From the NCBI GenBank assembly GCA_013239625.1, contig MU053758.1:1488001-1552000 (forward strand): DNA of 64,000 nucleotides, given 5' to 3'. Below the pieces are notes generated by a model. That model was not told the origin of the DNA. It made no database searches and was given only the letters and a program-made list of their open reading frames with translations. This stretch comes from Lama guanicoe. Taxonomy: Eukaryota. Shown here piece by piece: positions 11,743 through 22,678 of the stretch (position 1 is its first letter; every line of letters begins with the position of its first letter). Made by a program: the position numbers and the translations under genes.

Positions 11743-13545
11743 TTTTATTGATTGTGGTAAAATACACATAAAATTTACCACTTTAACCATTTGAAAGTAT
11801 AGTTCAGTGGCATTTAAGTACATTCAGGATGTTACACAGTCATCACGGACTATCTATTTCCCAAACTTGTTCATCATCCCTAACAGGAACTCTGTACCCA
11901 TTAAGCAGTGATTTGCCGTTGCTCTTTCCTCCCAGCACATGGTAATATATATTCTACTTTCTGTCTCTATGAGACTTTTAAATACCACATGTAAATGGAA
12001 TCTTACAGTATTTGTCCTTTTGTGACTGTCTTATTTCTCTTGGTATAATGTCTTCAGAGTCCACCCATGTGGTAACGTGTCAGAATTTCCTTCCTTTTTA
12101 AGGCCAAATAGTATTTCACTGTATGTATATACCACATTTTGTATCTGTTCATCTGTTGGTGGACATTTGGGTTGTTTCCACTTTTTGGCTATTGTGAATA
12201 ATGCTTTTATGAACACTGGAGTATAGGTTTCAATTCTTTCACCTAGAATATGCACCTAGGAGTGGTACTGCTGGATTGTATTGTAATTGTGTTTAATTTA
12301 TTGAGAAACCACCAACTGTTTTCCATAGTTTTCACCATTTTACATTCCCAGAAATGTTTTATCAGCAATGCCCAAGGGTTCCTCACATCCTCACCAACAT
12401 TAGTTATTTTTCATTTTTTGGATAATAGCCATCCTGATGAATTTGACGTGGTATCTCACTGTGGCTTTGCGTTTCCCTAGTGGCTAGTGATGTTGAGCAT
12501 CTTTTCATGTGCTTGTTGGCTATTTAGTATATCTTCTTCGAAGAAAGATCTATTCAGTTCTTTGTCCATTTTTCAGTTGGGCTGGTATTTTTAATTGTAG
12601 GAGTTCTTTATGTGTTCTGGACATTAATCCCATATTAGATATATGCGTTGCAAATATTTTCTCCCGTTTTGTAGGTTGTCTTTCCACTCTCTTGATAGTG
12701 TACTTAGATGCACAAAAATTTTAATTTTGATGAAGTCCAGTTTATATGTTTTTTCTTTTGTTGCCTGTGCTTTTAGTATCAAATCCTACAAATCATTTCT
12801 AAATCCAATGTCCCCCTGTGTTTTCTTCTAAGAGTTTTATAGTTTTGGCTCTCACAATTACATCTTTGATCCACTGAGTTAATTTTTGTATATAATATAA
12901 AGTAAGGGTCCAACTTAATTCTTTTGTGTATAGATATCCAGCTTTCTCAGCACCATTTGTTGAAGAGGCTGTCCTTTCCTGTTGGAGTGGTCTTAGAGCC
13001 TTGTTGAAAATCAATTGATCATTTATGTGAAAGTTTATTTCTGGCCTTTCCATTCTATCCCATTGGTCTGTATGTCTGTCCTTACATCAATACCACACTG
13101 TAATGGGATTGTTTTCTTAATTTCCTTCTCTGGTTATTCATTGCTAGTATATAGAAATAAAACTGATTTTTGTATGTTGATTTTTGTATCCTGCAACTAT
13201 GCTGAATTTTTTTATTAGCCCTACTTTTTTGTGAAATCTAGGATTTTCTGCACATAAGATCATGTCATCTGCAATCAGATAATTTTTTACTTCTTCCTTT
13301 CCAATTTGAATACCTTTTATTTCTTTTTCTTGCCTAATTACTCTGGTTAGAAGTTCCAGTATTCTTAAATAGAAATAGTAAAAGCAGGCATCCTTGTCTT
13401 GTTTCTGATCTAGGAGGAAAGGCTTTCACTCTTTCACCATTGAGAATGATATTAGCTATGGATTTTTCTTATAAGGCCTTTATCATTTTGAGGAAGTTTC
13501 CTTCTATTCCTAGTTCATTGAGTCTTTTTATCACGAAAAGATCTA
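11743..13545 (-). mobile_element. L1 (L1M-type) 3' UTR and ORF2 remnants, antisense in MRPL45 intron 4
   Basis: ORF2 peptides FIKALFTIAKKWKQPKCP (12031-12255) and ERPEINFHINDQLIFNKA / KTIKLLEENTG (12799-13053); L1M-like 3' end attgtggtaaaatacacataaaatttacc. Confidence 0.9.
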
Positions 13546-15130
13546 CTGGTGATGAACTTTCTCAGTTTTTGTTTATCTAGAAATGTCTACAGTTCTTCAT
13601 TCCTGAAGGATAGTTTTTCCATCATAGAATTCTTGGTTGACAGTTTTTCCTTCAGGGCTTTAAATACATCTTCCCACTGCCTTTTCACCTTCATAGTTTC
13701 TGATAAGAAATCAATTAGAATCTTATTGAGGATCCTTTGTATGTGACGAGTCACTTCTGTTTTGCTGCTTTTAAGATTCTCTTTGTCTTTTGGTTTTGAC
13801 ACTTGCACTGTAGTATGTCTCAGTGTGGATTTCTTTGAGTTTATTCTGCTTGGAGTTTGTTGAATTTCTTGGATGAGAATATTCATGTCTTTTATCAGAT
13901 TGGGATGTTTCCAGCTGTTATTTCTTTGAATGTTTTTTCTGCCCCCTCTCTCTTCTTCTGTGACTCCTACGATACGTATGTTACTGTACTTGACGTTGTC
14001 CCACATGTCCCTCAGGCTCTACTCATTTTTCTTCATTCTTTTTTCTTTTTGCTCCTCAGACTGGATAGTTTCAATTGATGCATCCTCACGTTAGCTGATC
14101 GTTTTCTACCTGCTCAGATCTGCCATTCAACTCCTGCAGTGAATTTTTTATTTCATTTACTATACTTTTTAGCTCCAGTATTTGTTTGGTTCCTTTGCAT
14201 AATTTCTCTCTCTTTATCAATGTTTTTATTTTGTTCATGCATTGCTTCCTGATTTCCTTCAGTTCTTTGTCCATAGTTTCCTTTATCTCATTGAGCATAA
14301 TTAGGACAGTTGATTTAACATCTTTGACTAATAATTCCAACTTCTGGGCTTCCTCAAGGGTGGTTTCTGTCAAATTTTTTCCTGTGAATGGGCCATACAT
14401 TCATGTTTTTTGTATACTTTGTAATTTCTTGTTGAGAACTGGACATTCTACATATTATAATGTGGTGACTCTGGAAATCAGATTCCTATACTCCTCGGGA
14501 ATTGCTGACTTTGCTCATTAGTGCCATTGCCATCCATTTGTGAGTTTTCCAAATTAGTATTGGAAAGGGTGTATTCTTTATTGTGTGTAGTCATTGAAGT
14601 TTCTGTTCCATTATCTCTGCAGTCAGCCAGTGACCTGGCAAAGATTTCCTAAATTGTCTGGCTGAATAAAAACAAAACAGGTGTTCTTGTCCCTTTATCC
14701 CTTTAAATCTTCTGATTGATGTCAGTGGGAGAAGCTGCTGCAGCCAGCAGGGCCAAAACCGTGGCATCGTTTGCTCTGCCCTCTCTGCGATCCACCAGAC
14801 TGACCAAAATATGCGGCCCCAAAGTTTTGGAGGGCAGGGTCCCCACTGCCTGGCCTTGCACCACCTGTCCACTCCAGGAACACAGGCCACTATCCCCACA
14901 GTCATGGCAAGGCTGAGGGAGGGAGGGTGGTAGATGGTTTGCATATGTTCTTAAATCCAAGATCACTGGCTTTGCCCTTCATCAAGCACTCCCTTGGTTG
15001 TTAAAAGTGTGCAGTCAATGTCAAGAGTTTTGAAACTGTTGTTCTGATCACTTTTTCTAATTTATCAGTTGTTTCAGTGGAGGGACCCATTCCTAGTGCC
15101 TCCTGCTCCATCATTCTGCTTGATATCTGT
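13546..15130 (-). mobile_element. L1 ORF1 remnant plus putative 5' region, antisense
   Basis: ORF1p-like peptides: coiled coil (14086-14400, ILELKSIVNEIKNSLQELNGR) and RRM/CTD (13587-14006, WDNVKYSNIRIVGVTEEE...RQWEDVFKALKEK); 5' bound approximate. Confidence 0.82.
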
Positions 15131-16905
15131 GTCTGTTGATTTTGTTAGATAGATTCCAGGTATGTTTTGTAATGTTTCATTGTAAGCTCGTCTTCAGTGG
15201 CGAGTGTTCTTCTGAGGGAATTCTAAACAACCTAAGTTGTGAATATGCTCCCAGAGAGGTTTTGTGTGTGTTTCTGCCAGATACTCTAGGAATATCATTG
15301 GCCAGGTGTCAGTTTCTGTGTTAATTTCTTAGCTTAGGAATTCTTGCACCATCCAGATACCATAAATTCCGTGTCTACATCTGAATATAATGTAAGCTTA
15401 GGGCTTTAGTTTTTCAGTTTCTGTGGGATTTTTTTGTATTTAAGATCCCCCCGCCACCCCACCCACTCAGAGCCCTAGACAGAGGGAAGCTTTATCTCTA
15501 GATTGGTGGACTCTTTTTCTAGTCTCCCTTTCCTGCAGGTACAGGACTCTTTTGAGGGTCATAGCTTTATGCAGGAATCTCAGTTCCAACTCCCTGTCCT
15601 TCCAGTGTCCAAGGTTTGGGGAAAAGTCAAACTCTAGCCTTCAGATCCTATTTCTGGATCCCTTAATCATCTCTTATGCTGTTGTGGTATCAGGTTGTAT
15701 TCTTTCCATTCTAGTTTTAATTCCTTCTTCCTTTCTGGCATCTAGGGACTTAACCTTTCTTTCCTGTAAATGAGGCTAGAGATTTTTAAATGTATGTGTG
15801 TGTGTGTGTATTATATTCTCTCCATCCTTTCTAGATGTTTATAGTGGGAGTGGTTTCACATAAGCTCAGTTGATTTTGTTGCCAGAAGCAGATGTCTTCC
15901 TTTTATTTTTCAGGGTAAGTTCTCTTGCAAAATAGTAAATGAACTTGCAGAAGGGGGGATTTATTTCTACTGAAGATTTCTAGGCCAGGATAGTGATGAG
16001 GAAGAATTCATTCAGAGGTGCCAGGCCTGGTGGTCATGGTAGCTGTCAATACAACTCAGTCTAGTCTAGCGCTACAGTTGGGGAAATGACTAAGAATCTT
16101 TTGTATTAGAAATAGAGGTGAAAGGGAAGCAGATAGACAGATGTAATCCATTACCTACTCTGAGATTAGAGACCCAGTTTTTCAAAGGGCAAAGTCTTAA
16201 ACTGCCCAGAAAGTATTAAATTGTGGGGAAAAGTCATGAATGTGTATCTGAAAGGAACTAATCTGTGTTCTTAGGTTGATTTGAAGCCTTTCAGTTAGGA
16301 ACCTTCCTGAGGTCTTGTATGTACAGGAGCTGAGGTTTGCTGTCTGTTTTCTTACTATTACTGCATACAGTCAGCATGACTAGGTCACTCTGGCAGCAAC
16401 AGAGATGGGGTGGGGGGTTGTGTGGAAAGGACCAGAAAAGACAGATGATTATCTTCTGGCTGTGTTCAAAGATAAGAGTGTAAGATACAAGGCCAAACAG
16501 TTGGTGTTGATGGTGTGTCTGTAGTAAGAGGAAATAAGGTGAACTTTTGGTTGATATTTATGTTGGATTTTGTCCCGGTAGCAGCTTAGAACAAAAATCA
16601 GTCCCCGTGTCCTAGTAAGGATCACTTGCCCATCTCAAGGATGTACAGTAATTTCAGAGAATTTCCTTCTGCTGCTGCGATTCAAAAATAACTTTACACT
16701 GCTATTAGTTCTCAGGATTTTCTGGTAAATCATATTGTTCATTTTGTGTCCTTAGGACTCAGTATATTACCTGGCTTATAGTAGGTGTGCAGAATATGTT
16801 GGTAAAAATGAATGAAATTGTTTTCCATTTTCAGGGCCATTTTCAGCTTTCATACAGGGTGTCATAAAAGCAGGAGTCAATGATATGTATGTCTTTCCTT
16901 TTTAG

Positions 16906-16954
16906 CTCAGACCATGATCGACTTCATACTTTGGTAACTGAAAACTGTTTTCCG
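16906..16954 (+). CDS. MRPL45: MRPL45 coding exon 5
   Basis: acceptor ctttttag|C; SDHDRLHTLVTENCFP; donor CCG|gtaggt; phases fit exons 4 and 6. Confidence 0.93.
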
Positions 16955-17818
16955 GTAGGTTCTCATCCTCCTCAGAACTGTGGGATGCCTGACTAGACAG
17001 ATTCTAGATAGCACCTCTGGTTTTGAAAGTATAGGAAGTTTAAGGCAAAAAACTGAAGTTCCATTAGTTTTGGTTGAATGACAGTGATTTGAAATGGACT
17101 CCGGCAATGGCCATTCAAATGAGAAAAGAGAGGGTCCCTCAACAAGCAGTACTGAGACTACAGATCCTAAAATCAGGGGATGGGCCACATGAGGGCCGCC
17201 CTACACATGCCTGCAGTATAATAAAGGATTTAACAAGTGTTCACGAGGCTTACATTGTGTGGTAACAGGGGTACTAGATACTGTTGGAGATCCCCAAGAA
17301 TAAAGACTTTGTGGTTCCGTTAGGGGTTCAAGAACAAGAACTTTAGTTTCTGTCAGTTTTGCCTCATCTCCCCAGGGGCAAGCATAGCTAACCTAGTCTT
17401 AGCAGTTTAGCCCTTGTAGCCCTGTAAGATCTCACCCATCACTGCCAAAAGGTGAGAGGGAAAAAAAGCGCAGTCAACAGAAATGCACGCAGTCATGATT
17501 ATGCAGGTGTACGGGAGGGATAATGGTATTAGCTGGCAGTTTGAAGTGTAGCCTTCGTTGATTTGGAGAAGGGTCCTCAAGGAGGTAGGTGGGCTTCAAG
17601 TTGTGATTTAAAAATGAAAAGAGTTGTAAAGTGAGCTTGAGCAGTAGCTTAAACAAATCTTGGAAAGGTAAGAGGAAAGATAGGACAAAAAGCATTTGGT
17701 GGGAAATGTTGCATGTTGCCTACAGTATCACAAGAAATGAGATCAGATGGGGAAAGAAGTACCAACTGCCCTACATGGATGGGAAAATACAGTTGAACTT
17801 ATTCTCTTCTGCCCTCAG

Positions 17819-17968
17819 GACATGGTCTGGGACATCAAATATAAGACTGTCCGCTGGAGCTTCGTAGAGTCTTTAGAGCCACCCCAGGTGGTACAGGTTC
17901 GCTGTTCAAATCTGCTGAACCAGGGCAACGCGTATGGCCAGATCACTGTCCGCATGCACACCCGGCAG
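17819..17968 (+). CDS. MRPL45: MRPL45 coding exon 6
   Basis: acceptor gccctcag|[25 protein letters not shown]...VRMHTRQ; donor CAG|gtagag. Confidence 0.95.
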
Positions 17969-18418
17969 GTAGAGGCACCAGTCTGCTTTCCTCCCAGCTT
18001 TTATTCACTCCCAGGTTGGGCACCTAACGCTGAGTCCTGGGTACAGCAGCCCAGGACTGTGAGTTCTAAGGGAAGGTTCTCCATGGTCTTTCTTGCCCTA
18101 TCACTGCACCCTTCCCACTGCTGGATGTTAGCTCTGCTACTACCGGTGTGAGAATATTCTTTCTCACCCTTCCTGGACTACATCCCCACTCCACCCCGCC
18201 CCACCCTCACCCCAGTCAGAACCCTCTAAATGTAAATTGTTAGTGGTTCATCAGTCTACATTCAGAATTCTGGATACTTTGTTTCTCCCCATTAAGGTTT
18301 TTTGTTCTAGTTTCAAAAATGTTTCAAAAATGGTTGTGTGGTTACAAAAAAAAAAGAAAAGGAGGAGGAAAAAACAACTCTGAGGACTAACAGACCAGAT
18401 TTGCTTTCACCCGTGCAG

Positions 18419-18592
18419 ACTCTGGCCATCTATGACCGGTTTGGCCGGTTGATGTATGGACAGGAAGATGTGCCCAGGGATGTCCTGGAGTATGTTGTCT
18501 TTGAAAAGCACCTGGTAAACCCCTATGGGAGCTGGAGAATGCATGGCAAGATCATTCCCCCATGGGCACCGCCTAAGCAGCCCATCCTTCAG
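18419..18592 (+). CDS. MRPL45: MRPL45 coding exon 7
   Basis: acceptor ccgtgcag|[33 protein letters not shown]...PILQ; donor CAG|gtgaag. Confidence 0.95.
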
Positions 18593-18787
18593 GTGAAGCA
18601 GCTTGTATGGTTTAAGACATGGCATCTTAAGCCACTCCTGTTGGGCTCCACCTAGTGGAGAGAGGGGGTGATGCAGCACCAGGGAAGGGGAATCCTCCTT
18701 TTAGGGGTGGGCCTGGAGGGGAGGGTGATCTCTCCTGAATAAGCCATGGACTTGGATGGTAGATAACTCAGTTTCCTGCTCTTTCAG

Positions 18788-18874
18788 ACGGTGATGATCC
18801 CTGGCCCCCAGCTGAAACCCTGGGAAGAGTATGAAGATCCACAGGGAGAGGCCCGTAAGCCTCAGCTAGCCTGA
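18788..18874 (+). CDS. MRPL45: MRPL45 coding exon 8 (terminal, to TGA)
   Basis: acceptor tctttcag|[31 protein letters not shown]. Confidence 0.94.
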   Translation, partial: TVMIPGPQLKPWEEYEDPQGEARKPQLA

Positions 18875-19248
18875 TGGCAAAAATGACTCCAGGGGTGAAG
18901 CGTGGGTGGTCAGGTGGCTGGAAGCTGTGAAGTCTGGGAGTCTGGGAGCTGTGAAATCATCCATCTTCCTCATGCTCTAGGAAGAACTGCCTTTGTTCTC
19001 TCTTGACCTGGTTGGGTCTTTTTAGCAGTCTTGTCCTCAATAACCACTGCTGGTGGCTGGGCCCTGGTGGGTGGCTGCTATGCACAGCCATGGACCCACT
19101 TCTTTTTTAAATCTTATATCTAGTTTCTGAGTCCAGATAAAAGAAGCATGTTTCAGAGAATATCTGATAGCTTTTCCCACAGCAAGAAGTGTTGGGAGCA
19201 AACTGGTAGAATTTTCTTTATAATTACAGGGCAGTGATCAGAGTTTGA

Positions 19249-19254
19249 AATAAA
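19249..19254 (+). terminator. Likely MRPL45 polyadenylation signal AATAAA
   Basis: First AATAAA I found after the stop (about 375 nt downstream), followed by GT-rich tgtggggtgttgg. Confidence 0.65.
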
Positions 19255-20869
19255 GCTCTGTGGGGTGTTGGACAAATTATGGTGGATTCTGTGCATTTCT
19301 CCTGGTTCAGGCTGGAAGTAGACCAGCCTTCAAATGGCAGAAGTGGAAGTTGTCTTAATTGTGAGTGATGTGATTTCCAGGAAATCCAGACTTGGGAAAA
19401 AGAATGTTTATAAAAGATGATGTCATTTAAGAGTGTCTTTTCTCATACACTGGCTCACTGAATCAACATTTGTATTTCAGAGAAGAATGTAAATCCAAAG
19501 AAATCATTTAACCCTCAGCCTTTGGATTTTGTTCTTAATTACCAGCTGCATCCTGGTGTGATCTCAGGAAAGGTCAGGGAGGTAAGGGCCATGGAAGTAT
19601 TGATACATTTGGGAAATCTATAAGTAAGTCTTGGTTCCCTGATTTCTAGCACCTTTTGGAGATGGTGACCATTCTTTCCAGCCCACATTGGAGGCAAAGG
19701 TACCAGAATATGGACCTGTGCAGAGTAAAACAGCCCAGCCCCTCCTTATTCATTCCTTAGCTCCACTTGGGAGGACTGGAGGGAGGACGATGTGGGACTT
19801 CACATGCAGGTGTGTCCTGTGTCGTCTGAGGTATACAGGGGAAATCGCTCTGTCCCAGCAGCAAGCCTGGCTTATGGTACTATTACCTTGATCAGTCCAT
19901 TTAGGTTCCCTTTAAAAATCAGGACCTTAATTCTCATATTTGTTTTTCAAGCCTAGCATTTTCTTTTAAGGAATTTATCACTTGGGTTAAGGATTAAGTA
20001 CTGTTCTGACCTTGTCTTGAGAATAGAGTCCAAATAAACTAGAATCAGGTTGACAATAACCTGACTCTTTAGTCTCTGTAAAGCTACCATCTCAGCAAAG
20101 CAGCAGACAGACCAGGCCTCACTCGGGAAAACTGATGTTTTAATAACAGCTGCCGGGTGCTGACCATAGAAACAAGACATGTATGCTTAGGGAAGCGGCA
20201 GCACTGGTGGGTTAATCCAAGCAACCACTCTCATCATACTACTTAGTCTCAACCCTTTTGGCTTAAAAATGTACATCAGTTTGCAGCATCACTGCCCAAG
20301 TGAGGTTTGGTCATATCCTATTTGCCTGAGCCCTGGATTAAGGCAAAATGAGAAGGGAAGTGCTCTGAGTAGGATCCACAGCTGGGGAGTATGAAGCAAC
20401 GGGAGGCAGAGAAACCAAAAAAAAGGCACACTTTATGACCAAACGATACCTTGATTCCTCTGAATATGTAAAAAACACTGTCTCAAATAAGCTGTTTCAC
20501 CCCGCTCCCCTAGATCTGTCTCAGGGGTCTCTAGATAATCCTAAATAGCAGCTAAGCACTAGCTGCCACCAGGAAGTCAGAGGATAAGTACAGTTTTCAT
20601 TTCCCCTGGGAATCAAATCCAGCTGAGCGAATGGCCCAGATCTAAAGGATTGGCTCCAAAGGCCGGGCAGAGACCTTCTGCGGTGCCAGCCACGTAATGG
20701 GGCTTTGGCTGAGAATTACCAGACTGTCCCCACGGCCCTGAAGGCTGCAGTGTGGCCACCTGGGCTTTAGAGCGGGCATTGTTCTTATCTACTGTGAATG
20801 TTTAGAAATGTCAAAAATTACCATAATGAATAAGCTAGAACCAACTGCAGTGGTCAAGAAAAAGCATTC

Positions 20870-20896
20870 TTTATTCCACCTCCTCCCTGGTTTATT
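20870..20896 (-). terminator. Candidate GPR179 polyadenylation signals (two AATAAA on the minus strand)
   Basis: TTTATT at 20870-20875 and 20891-20896, about 1.8 kb past the GPR179 stop. Confidence 0.5.
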
Positions 20897-22678
20897 TTAC
20901 AGCAGTGGGTAGAGGGACAACTTCTCTGTTCCCAGCCAGTCCAGACCCAATGGAATTGTTCTGGGTGCAGAATTTGCATTGGCTCAGAAGCTGTGGGGCC
21001 AACTAGCCAGAGCCCAGAGCAACGCACACACTTCAGCTACTGCTCTGAAAGCCTAGGGCAGGGGACCTCCATGAGAGGGAGGGCCTATATATGGGAACAT
21101 GGGCATCTGGTCTCTGAAAGTGGGTTACTCCATCCCTTCTCCTCCTTTTTGGAAATGGAGCACTTAGCTACTTTTTCTGTGAAAACTTATGGCTGCCCAG
21201 AGTATATGCAGAATCATTTTGCCCCCCATTGGGTATTTGGTCCCCTTCTTTTGCCTTTTCTCTCCCTGTGAATGGGATCAGTACCTGTCAAGTTAGAAGG
21301 TGGGCCCCCTGCCCAGCTCTACCATGTTTAGTCTGCCTATTTCCACCCCCATCTCACCCCTGCCAATCCTTGGACTTCTGTGACCAATATTTTCCTCCTT
21401 CCTCAGTTCCCTCTGGTAGTATCACCTAATTCCAGCTCTTTCTTATCTACGACCACTTAAACTAAGAGTAGCCTGAACTGACTTGAGAGAATAGAGCCAA
21501 GCTAAGAATGAGAGAGAGCTCCCTAAGAAAGGAGGCTTTGTATTTACACGATGCCCTTTCCCTGACCCTCAGGCCTCTAACCTGTCCTACAGCACTATTT
21601 CTGAGGGCTGTTAAAGTGTTGGCTCTAAACAGGACCACCTTTTTTCCTCAGGCTTCTCAAGATGTGGGCCTCTTGTTACTGAGCAAGTGATTTGGAGCTG
21701 TTCTTGCATCAGAACCAGAAACTCCCCAACTCCAGTTGCACTTGACAATGGAGAAGGGTCCTTTTGATGACAGCACTGAAAGGCCAGGAGGAGGAAGAGA
21801 ATGAGCCAGTGGGATGAACTCTGGACTGGCAAAAGATGGGGCAGGAAGAAGGGAAGACCATCTGAAAAAGTTAGCAAGGGGAAGACTTCTTAAATCATGA
21901 GAGGGTGTCTGGAAGGGAGAATTCTCCCTTGGCCAGCATGGGAAGGATCCAGAGTGACTGCCTTGCCTTCTCTGCTCTCTGTCTCTGATGTAGCAGATGT
22001 TGACATGGACATAAGTGTGCTTGACTGGCTCTCCTTCAGTAGTCACGCAGGGCAGGTGTGAGGATCAAGAAAGCAGAAACTGGAGATCCAAAGGCAAAAT
22101 TACAAGGTCTTTCAGGCATTTCAGGCACCTCTTTTGAGTCATTTAAGTTTTCCCCCTGATTTATCTTTGAACTTGAATTAAGTGGCTTCTAAGTTCCCAT
22201 GGCAACCTTTATAACCTATAATCCTCAGTCCCTATGTTGCCAATGCCTTGTGTGGTTTAGTTTCTTCTCAAAAAATGTCCTTTGTAGACTAGAGAAGAAT
22301 GGGTCTCCTTTTGAGAAAATATGGGCTGGGCGCAGCTGACTTCCTTTTGTCACTAACATTGGCTTTACAAGTGAGTGTCCTGTAACAGATGGCTTGTGTT
22401 GAGTATTCTAGCTGGATGGGAGGATTTGTTAGAAGTAGAAGGTCTGGCCCTTGTTCTCTGGGACAGGAAGAACATGTGGAAGTAAAGAGACATGAGACTT
22501 CCTGTTGGGGGTCAGAGCTGCACTTTTCTTGTACAGTTTGTCTTTGGAATGAGTTGACTTCTTACTTTCTTGGAGAGGGAAAGTGGCCAAGTGTGTTTGA
22601 TTCAATTTTTTGGGAACACCTAGGACTTGGAAAGGACCTTGGCTTCTAAAGCTAGCCACTCCTCCCCTGGTGGAGTTG

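Larger units (their letters stand above)
5228..18874 (+). other. MRPL45: MRPL45 gene span, start to stop (mitochondrial large ribosomal subunit protein mL45, Tim44-like fold); 8 coding exons, 921-nt CDS, 306 aa
   Basis: Exons of 66+178+118+99+49+150+174+87 nt join in frame with GT-AG introns; recognisable peptides [48 protein letters not shown]. Confidence 0.96.

Noticed and set aside
13587..14400. ORF1p-like ORFs as a possible domesticated L1 gene
   Set aside because: Split across separate broken frames, antisense within an intron; ordinary decayed L1
17050..17340. Non-repeat-looking stretch in MRPL45 intron 5 considered as a snoRNA or retrocopy
   Set aside because: No paired C/D or H/ACA boxes and no recognisable coding similarity found by eye
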